This document shows positions 49,136 through 60,058 of a stretch of 64,000 bases of DNA, piece after piece (position 1 is the first letter of the stretch; every line of letters begins with the position of its first letter). A program made the translations under genes and the position numbers. Source of the stretch: Flavobacterium sp. (GTDB lineage Bacteria > Bacteroidota > Bacteroidia > Flavobacteriales > Flavobacteriaceae); contig NZ_JBKBLM010000004.1 in assembly GCF_046296355.1 (NCBI RefSeq), positions 7,767-71,766 on the forward strand, read 5' to 3'. A model generated the notes under the pieces. It searched no databases. It was not told the origin of the DNA and was given only the letters and a program-made list of their open reading frames with translations.

Positions 49136-50470
49136 TTATAAATTCTGTACGGCTACTTTAAACTGGTTTCCTCTGTCTTCGTAGTTTTGGAACAAATCAA
49201 AACTCGCGCAAGCCGGAGATAATAAAACCGCGTCACCTTTTTCGGTTAAATGTTTGGCTGTGTTAACTGCGTCACGCATGTTGTCTACTTCTACCATCAT
49301 ATCGACTACATCACTGAACGCGTCGATGATTTTTTTGTTGTCTAAACCAAGGCAAATAATGGCTTTTACTTTTTCGCGAACTAACGGCATCAACTCGCTG
49401 TAATCGTTTCCTTTATCAACTCCGCCGACAATCCAAACGGTTGGAACCGTCATGCTGTCTAAAGCAAAGAAAGTCGCGTTGACATTGGTCGCTTTGCTAT
49501 CGTTGATGTACTGCACATTTTGAATTTTGAGTACTTTTTCCAAACGGTGTTCTACGCCTTGGAAATTGGACAAACTCTCGCGAATGGTTTGCTTTCTGAT
49601 TTTCATCAATTGGGCGACAGAAGTGGCAGCCATAGCGTTTTTCATGTTGTGTTTTCCTTCCAAAGAAATGTCCGCTGTTTTCATTTCAAATTCCTCGTTG
49701 TTGATGATGATGTCCATAGTATCGTTTTTTATAAAGGCTCCGTTTTCAAAAGTTTGTAATAGTGAAAATGGAATTAATTGTGCTTTTGTTTTGTTGTTTT
49801 GAAACCATTCTGAAATCGCTTCTTCATCGGCGTCATAGATGAAGAAATCGTCTTCAGTTTGGTTCATTGTTATTCTAAATTTTGATGCGATATAATTTTC
49901 ATATTTGTATTCATATCGATCCAAATGATCGGGACTGATGTTTGTTAGAATTGCGATGTCCGGTTTATAATTTATTATGCCGTCCAATTGAAAACTGCTT
50001 AATTCTAACACATAGCAATCGTAGTTTTCTTCCGCCACTTGCCAAGCAAAACTCTTTCCGATATTACCGCCTAATCCAACATTCAATCCGCCTTCTTTGA
50101 GCAAATGGTAAGTCAACATGGTTGTCGTTGTTTTACCGTTGCTTCCTGTGATTCCTATGGTTTTGGCGTCGGTAAACGGATAAGCAAATTCTATTTCGGA
50201 AATAACTGAAATTCCTTTTTCCAATAGTTTTTTAACCAATGGCGCTTTCTCAGGAATTCCGGGACTTTTCATGACTACATCGGCATTGAGGATTAATTCC
50301 TCTGTATGCTTTTCGTCTTCCCATTGAATTTCATATTTGTTAAGAACGTCTCTGTATTTTTCTTTTATTTTTCCCATATCGGATACGAAAACCTCGTATC
50401 CTTCTTTCTTTCCTAAAATGGCGGTTCCAACCCCACTTTCTCCTCCGCCAAGTACAACCAATCGCTTCAT
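49136..50470 (-). CDS. murD: UDP-N-acetylmuramoyl-L-alanine--D-glutamate ligase
   Basis: Start set at '[13 protein letters not shown]'; 'GSNGKTTT', 'ELSSFQL', 'NDSKATN', 'SPACASFD'. Confidence 0.97.
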   Translation of the reverse strand: MKRLVVLGGGESGVGTAILGKKEGYEVFVSDMGKIKEKYRDVLNKYEIQWEDEKHTEELILNADVVMKSPGIPEKAPLVKKLLEKGISVISEIEFAYPFTDAKTIGITGSNGKTTTTMLTYHLLKEGGLNVGLGGNIGKSFAWQVAEENYDCYVLELSSFQLDGIINYKPDIAILTNISPDHLDRYEYKYENYIASKFRITMNQTEDDFFIYDADEEAISEWFQNNKTKAQLIPFSLLQTFENGAFIKNDTMDIIINNEEFEMKTADISLEGKHNMKNAMAATSVAQLMKIRKQTIRESLSNFQGVEHRLEKVLKIQNVQYINDSKATNVNATFFALDSMTVPTVWIVGGVDKGNDYSELMPLVREKVKAIICLGLDNKKIIDAFSDVVDMMVEVDNMRDAVNTAKHLTEKGDAVLLSPACASFDLFQNYEDRGNQFKVAVQNL

Positions 50471-51690
50471 TATCTCAGTTTTAATGTCACAATGGAAACG
50501 ATGGCTAACAATATCGCAACGATCCAAAAACGGGTTACGATTTTACTTTCGTGATAGCCTTTCTTTTGGTAATGATGGTGCAATGGCGACATGAGGAAAA
50601 TTCGCTTTCCTTCGCCAAAGCGTTTTTTGGTGTATTTGAAGTAGGAAACCTGCATAATCACGGATAAGTTTTCGGCAAAGAAAATGGCGCACAATACCGG
50701 TAACAACATTTCTTTGCGAACCGAAATTGCCAAAACCGCTATAATTCCGCCAATAGTTAAACTTCCTGTATCACCCATAAATACCGATGCCGGGAAAGAA
50801 TTGTACCAAAGAAATCCGATTAAAGCTCCGACGAATGCCGAAATGAAAACCGTCATTTCACCAGAATTCGGGATGTACATAATATTTAAATAGCCTGAAA
50901 GAATCACGTTACCCGAAACGAAAGTGAAAATTCCCAATGCGAGTACGGAAATAGCAGAAGTTCCTGCGGCTAATCCATCGATGCCATCGGTTAAATTGGC
51001 TCCATTGGAAACTGCAGTGATGATAAAAATTACGATTGGAATAAAGATTAACCAAGCCCAGTTTTCATAACCTTCTCCGGTCCACTCAATGAATTTGGCA
51101 TAATCCAACTCATTATTTTTAGTGAATGGAATGGTTGTCGTTGTTGATTTGTGCTCAATAGGTGTTTGAGAAATTACGTTTTCTGTTTGGTTAACAGTAG
51201 TTACGGCTTTTTCTCTAACGGTTACGCCCGGATGAAAATACAAAACCGAACCTACGATTAATCCTAAACCTACTTGCCCGATTACTTTGAAAATCCCTTT
51301 TAACCCTTGTTTGTCTTTTTTGAAGATTTTGATGTAATCATCAATGAATCCGATAGTTCCCATCCATAGTGTGGTTACTATTAAAAGGATGATGTAGATA
51401 TTATTCAACTTCGTCAAAAGAATCACCGGAATCAACGTCGCAATAATGATGATTAATCCACCCATTGTTGGTGTTCCCGCTTTTTCATTTTGTCCTTGCA
51501 AGCCAAGTTCTCTAACCGTTTCTCCTACTTGTTGATTCCTCAAAAAGTTGATGATTTTTTTACCGTAAATGGTCGAAATCATCAAGGAAAGGATCAATGC
51601 TAAAGCCGAACGAAAAGTAATGTATTGGAAAACTCCGGTTCCCGGAACATCCATGGTTTTGTCGAGGTATTCAAATAAATAATATAACAT
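50470..51690 (-). CDS. mraY: Phospho-N-acetylmuramoyl-pentapeptide transferase
   Basis: 'GTPTMGG', 'GFIDDY', 'NLTDGIDGL', 'FMGDTGS', 'PLHHH'. Confidence 0.97.
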   Translation of the reverse strand: MLYYLFEYLDKTMDVPGTGVFQYITFRSALALILSLMISTIYGKKIINFLRNQQVGETVRELGLQGQNEKAGTPTMGGLIIIIATLIPVILLTKLNNIYIILLIVTTLWMGTIGFIDDYIKIFKKDKQGLKGIFKVIGQVGLGLIVGSVLYFHPGVTVREKAVTTVNQTENVISQTPIEHKSTTTTIPFTKNNELDYAKFIEWTGEGYENWAWLIFIPIVIFIITAVSNGANLTDGIDGLAAGTSAISVLALGIFTFVSGNVILSGYLNIMYIPNSGEMTVFISAFVGALIGFLWYNSFPASVFMGDTGSLTIGGIIAVLAISVRKEMLLPVLCAIFFAENLSVIMQVSYFKYTKKRFGEGKRIFLMSPLHHHYQKKGYHESKIVTRFWIVAILLAIVSIVTLKLR

Positions 51691-51694
51691 AGGT

Positions 51695-53158
51695 TTATTT
51701 GTTTAGCTGTTCTAATATTTCTTTTACAATTTTCATATCGTCAAAATCATGGCGAACGCCTTGAATTTCCTGATAGGTTTCGTGTCCTTTTCCGGCAATT
51801 AGGATGATATCATTTGGGCTTGCCAATTGACAAGCGGTTTTAATAGCTTGTTTTCTATCTACAATCGACAAGGTTTTTTTGTGATTTTGTGGCTCTACTC
51901 CTTTTTCCATATCGGCTATTATGTCAATAGGATCTTCGGTTCTTGGATTGTCAGACGTGATTATAACCTGGTTGCTCATTGTGGTTGCAATGTTGGCCAT
52001 GATTGGTCTTTTGGCTTTATCTCTGTCACCGCCACAACCTACTACTGTGATTAATTTTTCGTTATTGGTGCGAATATCATTTATCGTACTCAACACATTT
52101 TCCAAAGCGTCCGGTGTGTGTGCATAATCAACGATAGCTGTGATTTTTTGGTTGGAAACAATAAATTGGAAACGACCCGAAACACTTTCTAATTCAGAAA
52201 GCAATCGCAACACTTCTAATTTATCCAAGCCTAATTCAACCGCCGTTCCGAAAATCGCCAATAAATTATAGGCATTGAAAGTTCCGATTAGTCTAACCCA
52301 AACTTCATTTTCATTGATTTTCAATAACAATCCTGACAATTGATTTTCTAAGATTTGTGCTTTGTAATCGGCATACGATTTTAGCGCATAAGTTAGTTTT
52401 CGGGCAACCGTATTTTGAAGCATTACCAAACCGTTTTTATCATCGATATTGGTCAAAGCAAAAGCGGTTTTTGGCAAATGGTCAAAAAACGATTTTTTTA
52501 CATCTCTGTATTCGGCAAACGTTGGATGGTAATCTAAATGGTCGTGTGACAAATTGGTGAAAACGCCACCGGCAAAGTGTAAACCTTCGGTACGTTTTTG
52601 ATGAATCCCGTGTGAGCTCACTTCCATGAAGCAATATTCCACACCAACCTCGTTCATTTGGGCCAAATAATGATTTATCGTTAAAGAATCCGGAGTTGTG
52701 TGAGTGGCTTTGTATTCGGTATCATCTACCATAATTTTTACGGTAGACAACAAACCAACTTTGTAACCAGCTTTTTTGAACAATTGGAACAAAAGTGAAG
52801 CGATGGTTGTTTTGCCATTCGTTCCTGTGATTCCGACTAACTTTAAATTTTGGGATGGATTGCCGTAATAATTCGAAGCCAAAAATGCTAACGCTGAATT
52901 GGTGTCTTTTACTTGAATATAAGTCACACCGGTTACAATAACTTCCGGCAAAGTATCGCAAACGATGACTGTTGCGCCGAGATTAATCGCTTTTTCGATA
53001 AAGTCATGTCCATTAGAAACACTTCCTCGAATGGCTACAAAAACATCATTCTCTTGTACTTTTCTGGAGTCGAATTCGATTTTGCCAATAGTCATTTCGG
53101 TCGAACCTTTTACGACTTCGATAGCGACTTTATACAATATGTCTTTTAAAATAATCAC
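51695..53158 (-). CDS. murE: MurE ligase
   Basis: 'GTNGKTT', 'HTTP', 'MEVSSH', 'DYAHTPD', 'DNPR', 'AGKGHE'. Confidence 0.97.
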   Translation of the reverse strand: MIILKDILYKVAIEVVKGSTEMTIGKIEFDSRKVQENDVFVAIRGSVSNGHDFIEKAINLGATVIVCDTLPEVIVTGVTYIQVKDTNSALAFLASNYYGNPSQNLKLVGITGTNGKTTIASLLFQLFKKAGYKVGLLSTVKIMVDDTEYKATHTTPDSLTINHYLAQMNEVGVEYCFMEVSSHGIHQKRTEGLHFAGGVFTNLSHDHLDYHPTFAEYRDVKKSFFDHLPKTAFALTNIDDKNGLVMLQNTVARKLTYALKSYADYKAQILENQLSGLLLKINENEVWVRLIGTFNAYNLLAIFGTAVELGLDKLEVLRLLSELESVSGRFQFIVSNQKITAIVDYAHTPDALENVLSTINDIRTNNEKLITVVGCGGDRDKAKRPIMANIATTMSNQVIITSDNPRTEDPIDIIADMEKGVEPQNHKKTLSIVDRKQAIKTACQLASPNDIILIAGKGHETYQEIQGVRHDFDDMKIVKEILEQLNK

Positions 53159-55164
53159 GATAATTCGAGTATGATGATTTGATTTTTACTTAAAGCTGAA
53201 CCGGGTTGAATGGATTGTCTTTTTACCTTTCCAAACCCAATTACTTTTACTTTCACTTTCATATTTTCCAAAAGCGCTACAGCGTCCATACCGCTCATGC
53301 CTTTTACATTGGGAATTGTTTTTCCGTCAGCATTTGACCTGTCTAGGAATGCGTTATATGCTTTTTCTTGCTTGGCAATTTTTCGGTTCAAATTTTTGAC
53401 TTCATTGGTTGACGGCGCATCGGTAAAAATCTTCTGAGCTACGCGTTTGAAAACCGGTCCGGCCACATCAGCACCGTAATAATTATTGCCTGAAGTATTG
53501 GGTTTATGTACCACAACGATACAAGAATATTTAGGGTTTTCTGCTGGGAAAAAACCAACGAAAGAAGAAATATAATGTTTGTCGTTTCCGCCGTTTTTGC
53601 CGTAATTGGCTTGTGCTGTTCCAGTTTTTCCTGCCATCGAGAAATCTTTGGAGTACAATTTAGAACCTGTACCACTTTTGACTACATTTTCTAAAACCGC
53701 TTTTAGTTTCTTAACGGTTTCATCGGAACAGATTTTCGGATTGATGACTTCCTTGTTGTATTTTTTGATGGTTTTGTTCCATTCTTTGATTTCGGAAACG
53801 AATTGTGGTTTTACCATTTCACCGTTATTCGCTACTGCATTATATAAGGTCAAAGTCTGTAGCGGCGTAACGGAAACTCCGTATCCAAAAGCCATCCATG
53901 GCAAAGAAATAGCACTCCAATGTTTGTCACCAGGTTGCGGAATATAAGGTTTGCCTTCACCTTGGAATGGCAATCCTAATGGTTTATTCAAACCCATTCT
54001 GTCGATTCTGTCTACGAATTCCTTTGGGTTGTTTTTATAATTTTCATAAACGGCTTGTACCAAAACAGTATTGGAAGACACTTCAAAACCTCTTCCTAAA
54101 GAAATTTTACCATAACCGCCTTCGTGAGAATCGCGTACTTTTTTACCACGATACTCTACTATTCCGCCACGACTGTCGTATACTTTACTCGTATCCACTT
54201 TTCCATCATCTAACAACGCAATCATATCAACTAGTTTGAACGTTGAACCCGGTTCGTGAGATTCAGCAATAGCATAATTCGTGGTTTCGAAATAAGTCGA
54301 ATCCGATTCTTTTAGTTTTCCTAAATTGGAAATTGCTCTGATTTTACCGGTTTTGGTTTCCATTACAATTACACAACCGTGTTCGGCTTTGAACTCTTGT
54401 AATTGTTTCAATAAAGCATGATGGGCAATGTCTTGGATATAAACATCGATAGTAGAAATAACGTCATAACCATCTTGCGGATCAACTTCGTTTACATCAC
54501 GGATTGGTTTCCATTGGCCTTTGGCGATTTTTTGTTTTAAAACTTTGCCGTCTTTTCCGTTTAAATATTTTCTGAATGACCATTCAATTCCTTTGCCGTC
54601 AGGTTTTCCTTCAGGTGTAATTCTTTCGTAACCAATGGTTCTTTCGGCAATTTTCCCGATGGGATGTTCGCGAACGGTTTCTTGTTCGGTAATCATTCCG
54701 CCTTTATTGGCGCCTAAATTGAACAATGGAAAACTCTTGATTTTAATATATTGCGTGTAGCTCAAATCGCGAGCGACTAATAAATACCTGTTTTTGTTGG
54801 CTCTCGCCATTCTCAATTGGGAATGATAAAACGAACTTGGTTTGCCCAACATCAAGGCCAATGAATCTGCCAATGGTCTGACATTTTTTTCAAAAGCTTC
54901 GCCTTTTGGCGCAACAGCATCGAATCGGATGTTGTAGTTGGGAATAGACGTCGCGAGTAAACTTCCGTCAGCCGAATAAATATTTCCTTTATTAGCAGGA
55001 ATCACGAAGTTCTTTACGGTTCTTTCTTTGGCCAATTTTCGGTAATAATCACCTTCAACCCACTGAATTCTTGTGAGTTTGAAAGTAATAGCCAAAGCCA
55101 TTAAAAAGAGACAGAAAGCTACTAGGTAGATTCGGTAAGAGATATGTTTATCTTCTACTGCCAT
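53155..55164 (-). CDS. ftsI: Class B penicillin-binding protein FtsI with a PASTA domain
   Basis: SxxK 'STFK', SxN 'SSN', 'KTG'; C-terminal PASTA. Confidence 0.93.
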   Translation of the reverse strand: MAVEDKHISYRIYLVAFCLFLMALAITFKLTRIQWVEGDYYRKLAKERTVKNFVIPANKGNIYSADGSLLATSIPNYNIRFDAVAPKGEAFEKNVRPLADSLALMLGKPSSFYHSQLRMARANKNRYLLVARDLSYTQYIKIKSFPLFNLGANKGGMITEQETVREHPIGKIAERTIGYERITPEGKPDGKGIEWSFRKYLNGKDGKVLKQKIAKGQWKPIRDVNEVDPQDGYDVISTIDVYIQDIAHHALLKQLQEFKAEHGCVIVMETKTGKIRAISNLGKLKESDSTYFETTNYAIAESHEPGSTFKLVDMIALLDDGKVDTSKVYDSRGGIVEYRGKKVRDSHEGGYGKISLGRGFEVSSNTVLVQAVYENYKNNPKEFVDRIDRMGLNKPLGLPFQGEGKPYIPQPGDKHWSAISLPWMAFGYGVSVTPLQTLTLYNAVANNGEMVKPQFVSEIKEWNKTIKKYNKEVINPKICSDETVKKLKAVLENVVKSGTGSKLYSKDFSMAGKTGTAQANYGKNGGNDKHYISSFVGFFPAENPKYSCIVVVHKPNTSGNNYYGADVAGPVFKRVAQKIFTDAPSTNEVKNLNRKIAKQEKAYNAFLDRSNADGKTIPNVKGMSGMDAVALLENMKVKVKVIGFGKVKRQSIQPGSALSKNQIIILELS

Positions 55165-55502
55165 AATTTTTGGAAAAAAGTTTTTTCGACTGGTTTTTTA
55201 ATTTTTATTTTTTGTGGTGGAACCGACGAAGGAAAAATATTTCTCTCTTTCATTGTTTCGGAAACGGTCGATTCCATTTTTAATTTCATTAGTTCGGAGC
55301 GTTTGTCTACAAATTCAGAACGCAATTCTTTTACTTCATTGGTCAACTCGGCTATTTTGAAAATCTTTTGGTCGTAACGGTGTTCGTTGGCAATCATCAA
55401 AATGGCAAGCAAAATCAGAAACACGATGAACCGCCAGTTTTTAGTTGCGTCTTCGTTGACTAGAAATCGAGCTTTTAATATGCTGTAAACTCCTTTTTTC
55501 AT
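55155..55502 (-). CDS. ftsL: FtsL-like cell division protein
   Basis: Single TM plus coiled coil 'ELRSEFVDKRSELM'; between rsmH and ftsI. Confidence 0.8.
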   Translation of the reverse strand: MKKGVYSILKARFLVNEDATKNWRFIVFLILLAILMIANEHRYDQKIFKIAELTNEVKELRSEFVDKRSELMKLKMESTVSETMKERNIFPSSVPPQKIKIKKPVEKTFFQKLWQ

Positions 55503-56407
55503 CGTTTTTCTGCTATTCTTAATTTGGCACTTCGCGCTCTGTTGTTGATTTTAATTTCAGCATCATCAGGAACGATTAGTTTTCCAACCAACTTGAACGG
55601 CACTGAAAAGTTTCCGAAGAAATCGCGTTCCGGTTCGCCTTCAAATAATCCGTTTTTCATGAAACGTTTTACCAGTCTATCTTCTAAAGAGTGGTACGAA
55701 ATCACGCTTAATCTGCCTTCCGGTTTCAATATTTCAAGTGATTGTTCCAAAAACTCTTTAAGCACTTCCATTTCTTGGTTTACCTCAATTCGAATCGCTT
55801 GATAGATTTGTGCCAAGATTTTATTTTTGAACTGATCGGGTAAAAATTTGGCCAAAACCATTTTCAATTCGTCAGTCGTATTGATTGTTTTGTATTCTCT
55901 GGCTTCGATGATGGTTCTTGCGATGGCCGGCGCGGCTTTTAATTCGCCATAATCCAAAAACACTCTTTTCAAATTGGCGTCATCGTACTCATTAATCACT
56001 TTGTGTGCGTCGAGTTCGTTTCTTTTGCTCATTCTCATATCCAAATCGGCATCAAAACGAGTAGAAAATCCTCTTTCCGGAACGTCAAATTGGTGAGATG
56101 AAACCCCTAAATCGGCTAAAATGCCATCGACACTTTTCACACCGTGAAATCTCAAAAAACGTTTGATATACCTGAAATTCTCATGAATTAAAGTGAATCT
56201 TTCATCGGGTAACGCATTGGCTAAAGCATCTTCATCTTGGTCAAATCCGAATAATTTTCCATTTGGCCCTAGCCGACTCAAAATCTCTTTCGAATGTCCG
56301 CCACCACCAAAAGTCACATCTACATAAATTCCATCAGGTTTGATATTCAAGCCATCGACAGTTTCCTTCAACAAAACCGGATTATGATATCCCATCTCCA
56401 TCGTCAT
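55499..56407 (-). CDS. rsmH: 16S rRNA m4C1402 methyltransferase
   Basis: 'HNPVLL', 'DVTFGGGGHS', 'DLGVSSHQ', 'SYHSLEDR', 'RARSAKLR'. Confidence 0.97.
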   Translation of the reverse strand: MTMEMGYHNPVLLKETVDGLNIKPDGIYVDVTFGGGGHSKEILSRLGPNGKLFGFDQDEDALANALPDERFTLIHENFRYIKRFLRFHGVKSVDGILADLGVSSHQFDVPERGFSTRFDADLDMRMSKRNELDAHKVINEYDDANLKRVFLDYGELKAAPAIARTIIEAREYKTINTTDELKMVLAKFLPDQFKNKILAQIYQAIRIEVNQEMEVLKEFLEQSLEILKPEGRLSVISYHSLEDRLVKRFMKNGLFEGEPERDFFGNFSVPFKLVGKLIVPDDAEIKINNRARSAKLRIAEKR

Positions 56408-56855
56408 TAATATTTCCCATTACATCTTCCGCTAAATCGGCAAAGTTGATATCGTCGCCTGCAATTGATTTTTCGTATAAATCTTTGTCCCAAATTTCCA
56501 CGATGTTCACCGCTGAGGAAAGCACGATATCTTTTGAAATGTGACCAAAAGCCACTAAATCTTTCGGTATTAACAAACGGCCCAAATCATCGACTTCAAC
56601 CACTTTCACTCCGGCCGTAAAACGTCGGATGAAGTCATTGTTTTTCTTTACAAATCGGTTGAGTTTGTTGATTTTTTGCATCATCAAATTCCATTCGGTC
56701 ATTGGATATAATTCCAAACACGGCTGAAACACAGAACGCTTCAAGACGAAGCCATCTTGAAGAGAATTAGCCAGTTGCTTCTTTAAAGCCGAAGGAATCA
56801 TCAGTCTTCCTTTGGCGTCAACTTTGCATTCATATGTTCCTATTATGGAGTTCAA
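56382..56855 (-). CDS. mraZ: Division/cell wall cluster repressor MraZ
   Basis: 'CKVDAKGRLMIP', 'VDDLGRLLIP'; TTG start set at 56855, downstream of the predicted promoter. Confidence 0.95.
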   Translation of the reverse strand: MNSIIGTYECKVDAKGRLMIPSALKKQLANSLQDGFVLKRSVFQPCLELYPMTEWNLMMQKINKLNRFVKKNNDFIRRFTAGVKVVEVDDLGRLLIPKDLVAFGHISKDIVLSSAVNIVEIWDKDLYEKSIAGDDINFADLAEDVMGNINDDGDGIS

Positions 56856-56878
56856 TTGCAGTTTATTTTGGTTATCAG

Positions 56879-56886
56879 CAAAAATA
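56879..56886 (-). promoter_or_regulatory. -7 element of the dcw operon promoter
   Basis: Minus strand TATTTTTG, 23 nt before the mraZ TTG. Confidence 0.65.
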
Positions 56887-56896
56887 TAAAAAAAAG

Positions 56897-56943
56897 TACC
56901 ACAATTTACCACAAAATACCACTTTGTTGATAAGTTTTACCAC
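56897..56943 (-). promoter_or_regulatory. Candidate MraZ operator (GTGGTA boxes)
   Basis: TACCAC at 56897, 56907, 56917 (10-bp period) and 56938. Confidence 0.7.
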
Positions 56944-57209
56944 TTCATTCCATTTTTGAATAAAAACACAAGGAATTAGACTTTACTGAATTCTTGACAA
57001 ATGTTTAATGAATTTAGATTTGAGAAGAAAAAAAGTTATAAAAAACTCATTTTAAGGCATTTTGTTGCATAAAATTGATTTTATTGACATGAAAATAATT
57101 GATTGTAATTTTGAAATTGACCAGTAGATTTTTTGAAAATTTGTTGATGAAAAACTACATTTTAGTAGTAAATATTCCTCCTATAACCGAATTTTTAGCT
57201 ATAAAATCA

Positions 57210-57217
57210 TATATTTG
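57210..57217 (+). promoter_or_regulatory. -7 element for the alpha/beta hydrolase gene
   Basis: TATATTTG 27 nt before the ATG. Confidence 0.55.
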
Positions 57218-57244
57218 TTGCCGAGGTAAAAAGTTAAAAATTAC

Positions 57245-58009
57245 ATGGAAGGAAATTTTAAAAAAGAAGGCAGGTATTCCTATTTCGAAGCAGGAGAAGG
57301 CACACCAATCGTTGTTTTACACGGATTAATGGGAGGATTGAGTAATTTTAATGGTGTTGCCGATTATTTTTCCTCACAAGGTTATAAAGTTGTGATTCCC
57401 GAGTTGCCAATTTACACCCAAAATATCTTAAAAACCAATGTGAAAGCTTTTGCTAAGTATGTGAAAGACTTCATCACTTTTAAAGGTTTTGATCGCGTTA
57501 TTCTTCTTGGAAATTCCCTTGGCGGACACATCGCTTTGTATCATTCTAAAATGTATCCTGAAAAAGTAGCCGGATTAGTAATTACCGGAAGTTCCGGGCT
57601 TTACGAAAGCGCTATGGGTGATAGTTACCCAAAACGAGGAGATTATGAGTATATCAAAAAGAAAGCGGAAGCCGTTTTTTACGACCCTAATGTAGCCTCT
57701 AAAGAAATTGTTGACGAAGTTTTTGCTGTTGTTAATGACAGAATAAAAGTGATTAAAACCTTGACGATTGCCAAAAGTGCTATTCGCCATAACATGGCCA
57801 AAGATTTGCCTAAAATGCACGTGAAAACCTGTATTATTTGGGGCAAAAATGACCAAGTTACCCCACCGGAAGTAGCAGAAGAATTCCATAAATTAATGCC
57901 TAATTCTGAATTGTATTGGATTGACAAATGTGGCCACGCCGCGATGATGGAACATCCTGACGAGTTCAACCGATTATTGCATGAATGGTTAAAAGAAGTT
58001 CATTTATAA
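57245..58009 (+). CDS. Alpha/beta fold hydrolase
   Basis: 'LHGLMG', nucleophile 'GNSLGG', 'WGKNDQV', 'CGHAAMME'. Confidence 0.92.
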   Translation: MEGNFKKEGRYSYFEAGEGTPIVVLHGLMGGLSNFNGVADYFSSQGYKVVIPELPIYTQNILKTNVKAFAKYVKDFITFKGFDRVILLGNSLGGHIALYHSKMYPEKVAGLVITGSSGLYESAMGDSYPKRGDYEYIKKKAEAVFYDPNVASKEIVDEVFAVVNDRIKVIKTLTIAKSAIRHNMAKDLPKMHVKTCIIWGKNDQVTPPEVAEEFHKLMPNSELYWIDKCGHAAMMEHPDEFNRLLHEWLKEVHL

Positions 58010-58011
58010 AC

Positions 58012-58034
58012 AAAAGTCCTTTTCGGACTTTTTT
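58012..58034 (+). terminator. Short terminator hairpin
   Basis: AAAAGTCC-TTTTC-GGACTTTT plus T run. Confidence 0.65.
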
Positions 58035-58048
58035 ATTTTAACAATACC

Positions 58049-58666
58049 ATGAAAATTACCAGTGCCGAATTTATCATCAGCAATTCCGATGTGAGCAAAT
58101 GCCCGAAAGATCCTTTACCGGAGTATGCTTTTATTGGTCGTTCCAATGTGGGGAAATCATCTTTGATTAACATGTTGACCAACCATAAAAATTTGGCCAA
58201 AACCTCGGGAAAACCGGGGAAAACGCAGTTAATCAATCACTTTAAAATCAATTTGAATTGGTTTTTGGTCGATTTACCGGGTTATGGTTATGCTCGTGTT
58301 TCTAAGAAAACCAAAGAAGTTTTTCAGGAGTTTATCACCGATTATTTTGAAAAAAGGGAACAATTGGTTTGTGCGTTTGTTCTAATTGATATCCGACTAG
58401 AAGCTCAAAAAATTGATTTGGAATTTATTACTTATTTGGGCGAAATTGAAGTGCCGTTTTGTATCATTTTTACCAAAGCCGACAAAATTAGTAGAGGCAA
58501 AATTGATTCTCACATTGCAGCCTATCGAAAAGCCCTTTTGGCGAACAACTGGGAAGAAATGCCACAACATTTTGTAACCTCAGCCACTGAAACCACCGGC
58601 AGAGATGATGTTTTAGGTTTTATTGATGGTGTGAATGAGGAAATGTTTAAAAGCGGAAATCTGTAA
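58049..58666 (+). CDS. engB: Ribosome biogenesis GTPase YihA/YsxC (EngB)
   Basis: 'GRSNVGKSS', 'PGKT', 'DLPGYG', 'TKADK'. Confidence 0.96.
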   Translation: MKITSAEFIISNSDVSKCPKDPLPEYAFIGRSNVGKSSLINMLTNHKNLAKTSGKPGKTQLINHFKINLNWFLVDLPGYGYARVSKKTKEVFQEFITDYFEKREQLVCAFVLIDIRLEAQKIDLEFITYLGEIEVPFCIIFTKADKISRGKIDSHIAAYRKALLANNWEEMPQHFVTSATETTGRDDVLGFIDGVNEEMFKSGNL

Positions 58667-58671
58667 TTTCT

Positions 58672-59007
58672 TTATTTCTTCAATTCTAATTTCTCTGCAA
58701 AATAATCACAGAAATCTTTCATCGTATCCGCCATTTTCTCATCGGCTGTAGCGCGTTGGAAAGTATCCGACATAGCCACTAAAGTTTGGTGAAAAAATAA
58801 TTTCATTTCATCTACCGGCATGTCTTTGGTCCACAAATCAATACGAAGTGTTTCTTGCGCTTTACTGTCCCAAATAGAAACCATCATGGCTTTGGCTTCT
58901 TCTTGTTCTACTCCGCCATCTTGAGCTGTCCAAGTTAATTTTTCCGGGATACGGTTTTCATCTAATTCAACATTGAATTTTATTTCGGATTTGATGGTAT
59001 TACTCAT
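58672..59007 (-). CDS. gldC: Gliding motility protein GldC
   Basis: 'SEIKFNVELDENRIPEKLTW', 'IDLWTKDMPVDEMK'; follows gldB; start set at MSNT. Confidence 0.92.
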   Translation of the reverse strand: MSNTIKSEIKFNVELDENRIPEKLTWTAQDGGVEQEEAKAMMVSIWDSKAQETLRIDLWTKDMPVDEMKLFFHQTLVAMSDTFQRATADEKMADTMKDFCDYFAEKLELKK

Positions 59008-59962
59008 TCTTTTTAGGTTTGTATTTTGATTTTTCAAATAATTCTTTGGCGTCCATTTTTAGCATATCTTGCAAACTTACTTCGTTATTTTCCATAAACG
59101 AACGCACAATTTGCCAACCAACCCATCGCCCTACACTTCCTGGAGATTCATTATCAACTTCGAGAAAAAATTTAGAAAACGGCGCCGGATTTATAAAGCG
59201 ATTAGACAATCTTGAATCAGAACTAAAAAGCAAATCTTCTTCTATAAAATAGCGCCAAATGTAGCTTTCATTTTCCTGACACCAAGTTAATTTCTCGGGT
59301 AAGTACCCAATTTTTTCAGCATCGGTATGATTGGGAAGTACCAAATCTTTCAAATATAATTCTTTACCGTAATAAATCATTTCACCTAATAATGTTTTAT
59401 CGGTTGGCGGAGGATTTTTCAACATCGCATAGCTGGTCACAATATCCGGCATCATTTGTCGTTCTTCAAAATTTTGCCTTAAATATTTTGGAAAAGTATA
59501 GAACTTGGCCTCTTTTCCGAGATACAATTCCAACGCAATAACTAATTTGTCATTGGCATAAATGGCTTTTTTATTATAGTCCATCTCACCAATAACGGTG
59601 TAAACTCTTGGCAAAATAGTTTCCGGGAAATAGTATTTTAGGTGTTTGAATAAATCTTGGATTTCGTTGGTTTGCTTGCCAAAATCAGGATACTTTTTTT
59701 GGACTTCGGCATACAAATCTCGCCAATCTTTGTTTTCCATTTTTTCAATCCAAACCTTGTCATCGAACCTTTCCGGAAAGAAAAAAGGATATTCTGCTTT
59801 CAAATTAGTCAACTCACTCGGCTTGGCTTCAAAAAAAGCTTGGTCAAATCGATCGACTTTTAAAGCTACCGGAATTTCTTCGACAGCTTTTTCTACCTTG
59901 GATTTCTTATTACAAGAAACCAGCAGGAAAACCAACATTATTATTACAAAATACTTTTTCAT
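59000..59962 (-). CDS. gldB: Gliding motility lipoprotein GldB
   Basis: Lipobox LVSC, 'LDLYLG'-like 'LELYLG', 'PAPFSKF', 'SPGSVGRWVGWQIVRSFM'. Confidence 0.92.
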   Translation of the reverse strand: MKKYFVIIMLVFLLVSCNKKSKVEKAVEEIPVALKVDRFDQAFFEAKPSELTNLKAEYPFFFPERFDDKVWIEKMENKDWRDLYAEVQKKYPDFGKQTNEIQDLFKHLKYYFPETILPRVYTVIGEMDYNKKAIYANDKLVIALELYLGKEAKFYTFPKYLRQNFEERQMMPDIVTSYAMLKNPPPTDKTLLGEMIYYGKELYLKDLVLPNHTDAEKIGYLPEKLTWCQENESYIWRYFIEEDLLFSSDSRLSNRFINPAPFSKFFLEVDNESPGSVGRWVGWQIVRSFMENNEVSLQDMLKMDAKELFEKSKYKPKKNE

Positions 59963-60011
59963 TATAGAGAATTTATATGACAAAAATGGGACTGAAAAGT
60001 TTGTGATTTTT

Positions 60012-60027
60012 TACATTTGCAAATATA
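60012..60027. promoter_or_regulatory. Abutting opposite-strand -7 elements for nadE (+) and gldB (-)
   Basis: TACATTTG|CAAATATA; both strands read TAnnTTTG. Confidence 0.55.
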
Positions 60028-60058
60028 CATTTACGTTTCTAAAAACTTTCATAAAAAA

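Noticed and set aside
47385-55502. Absence of murF and ddl from the dcw cluster
   Set aside because: Relocation of these genes is usual in Bacteroidota and cannot be judged from one window.
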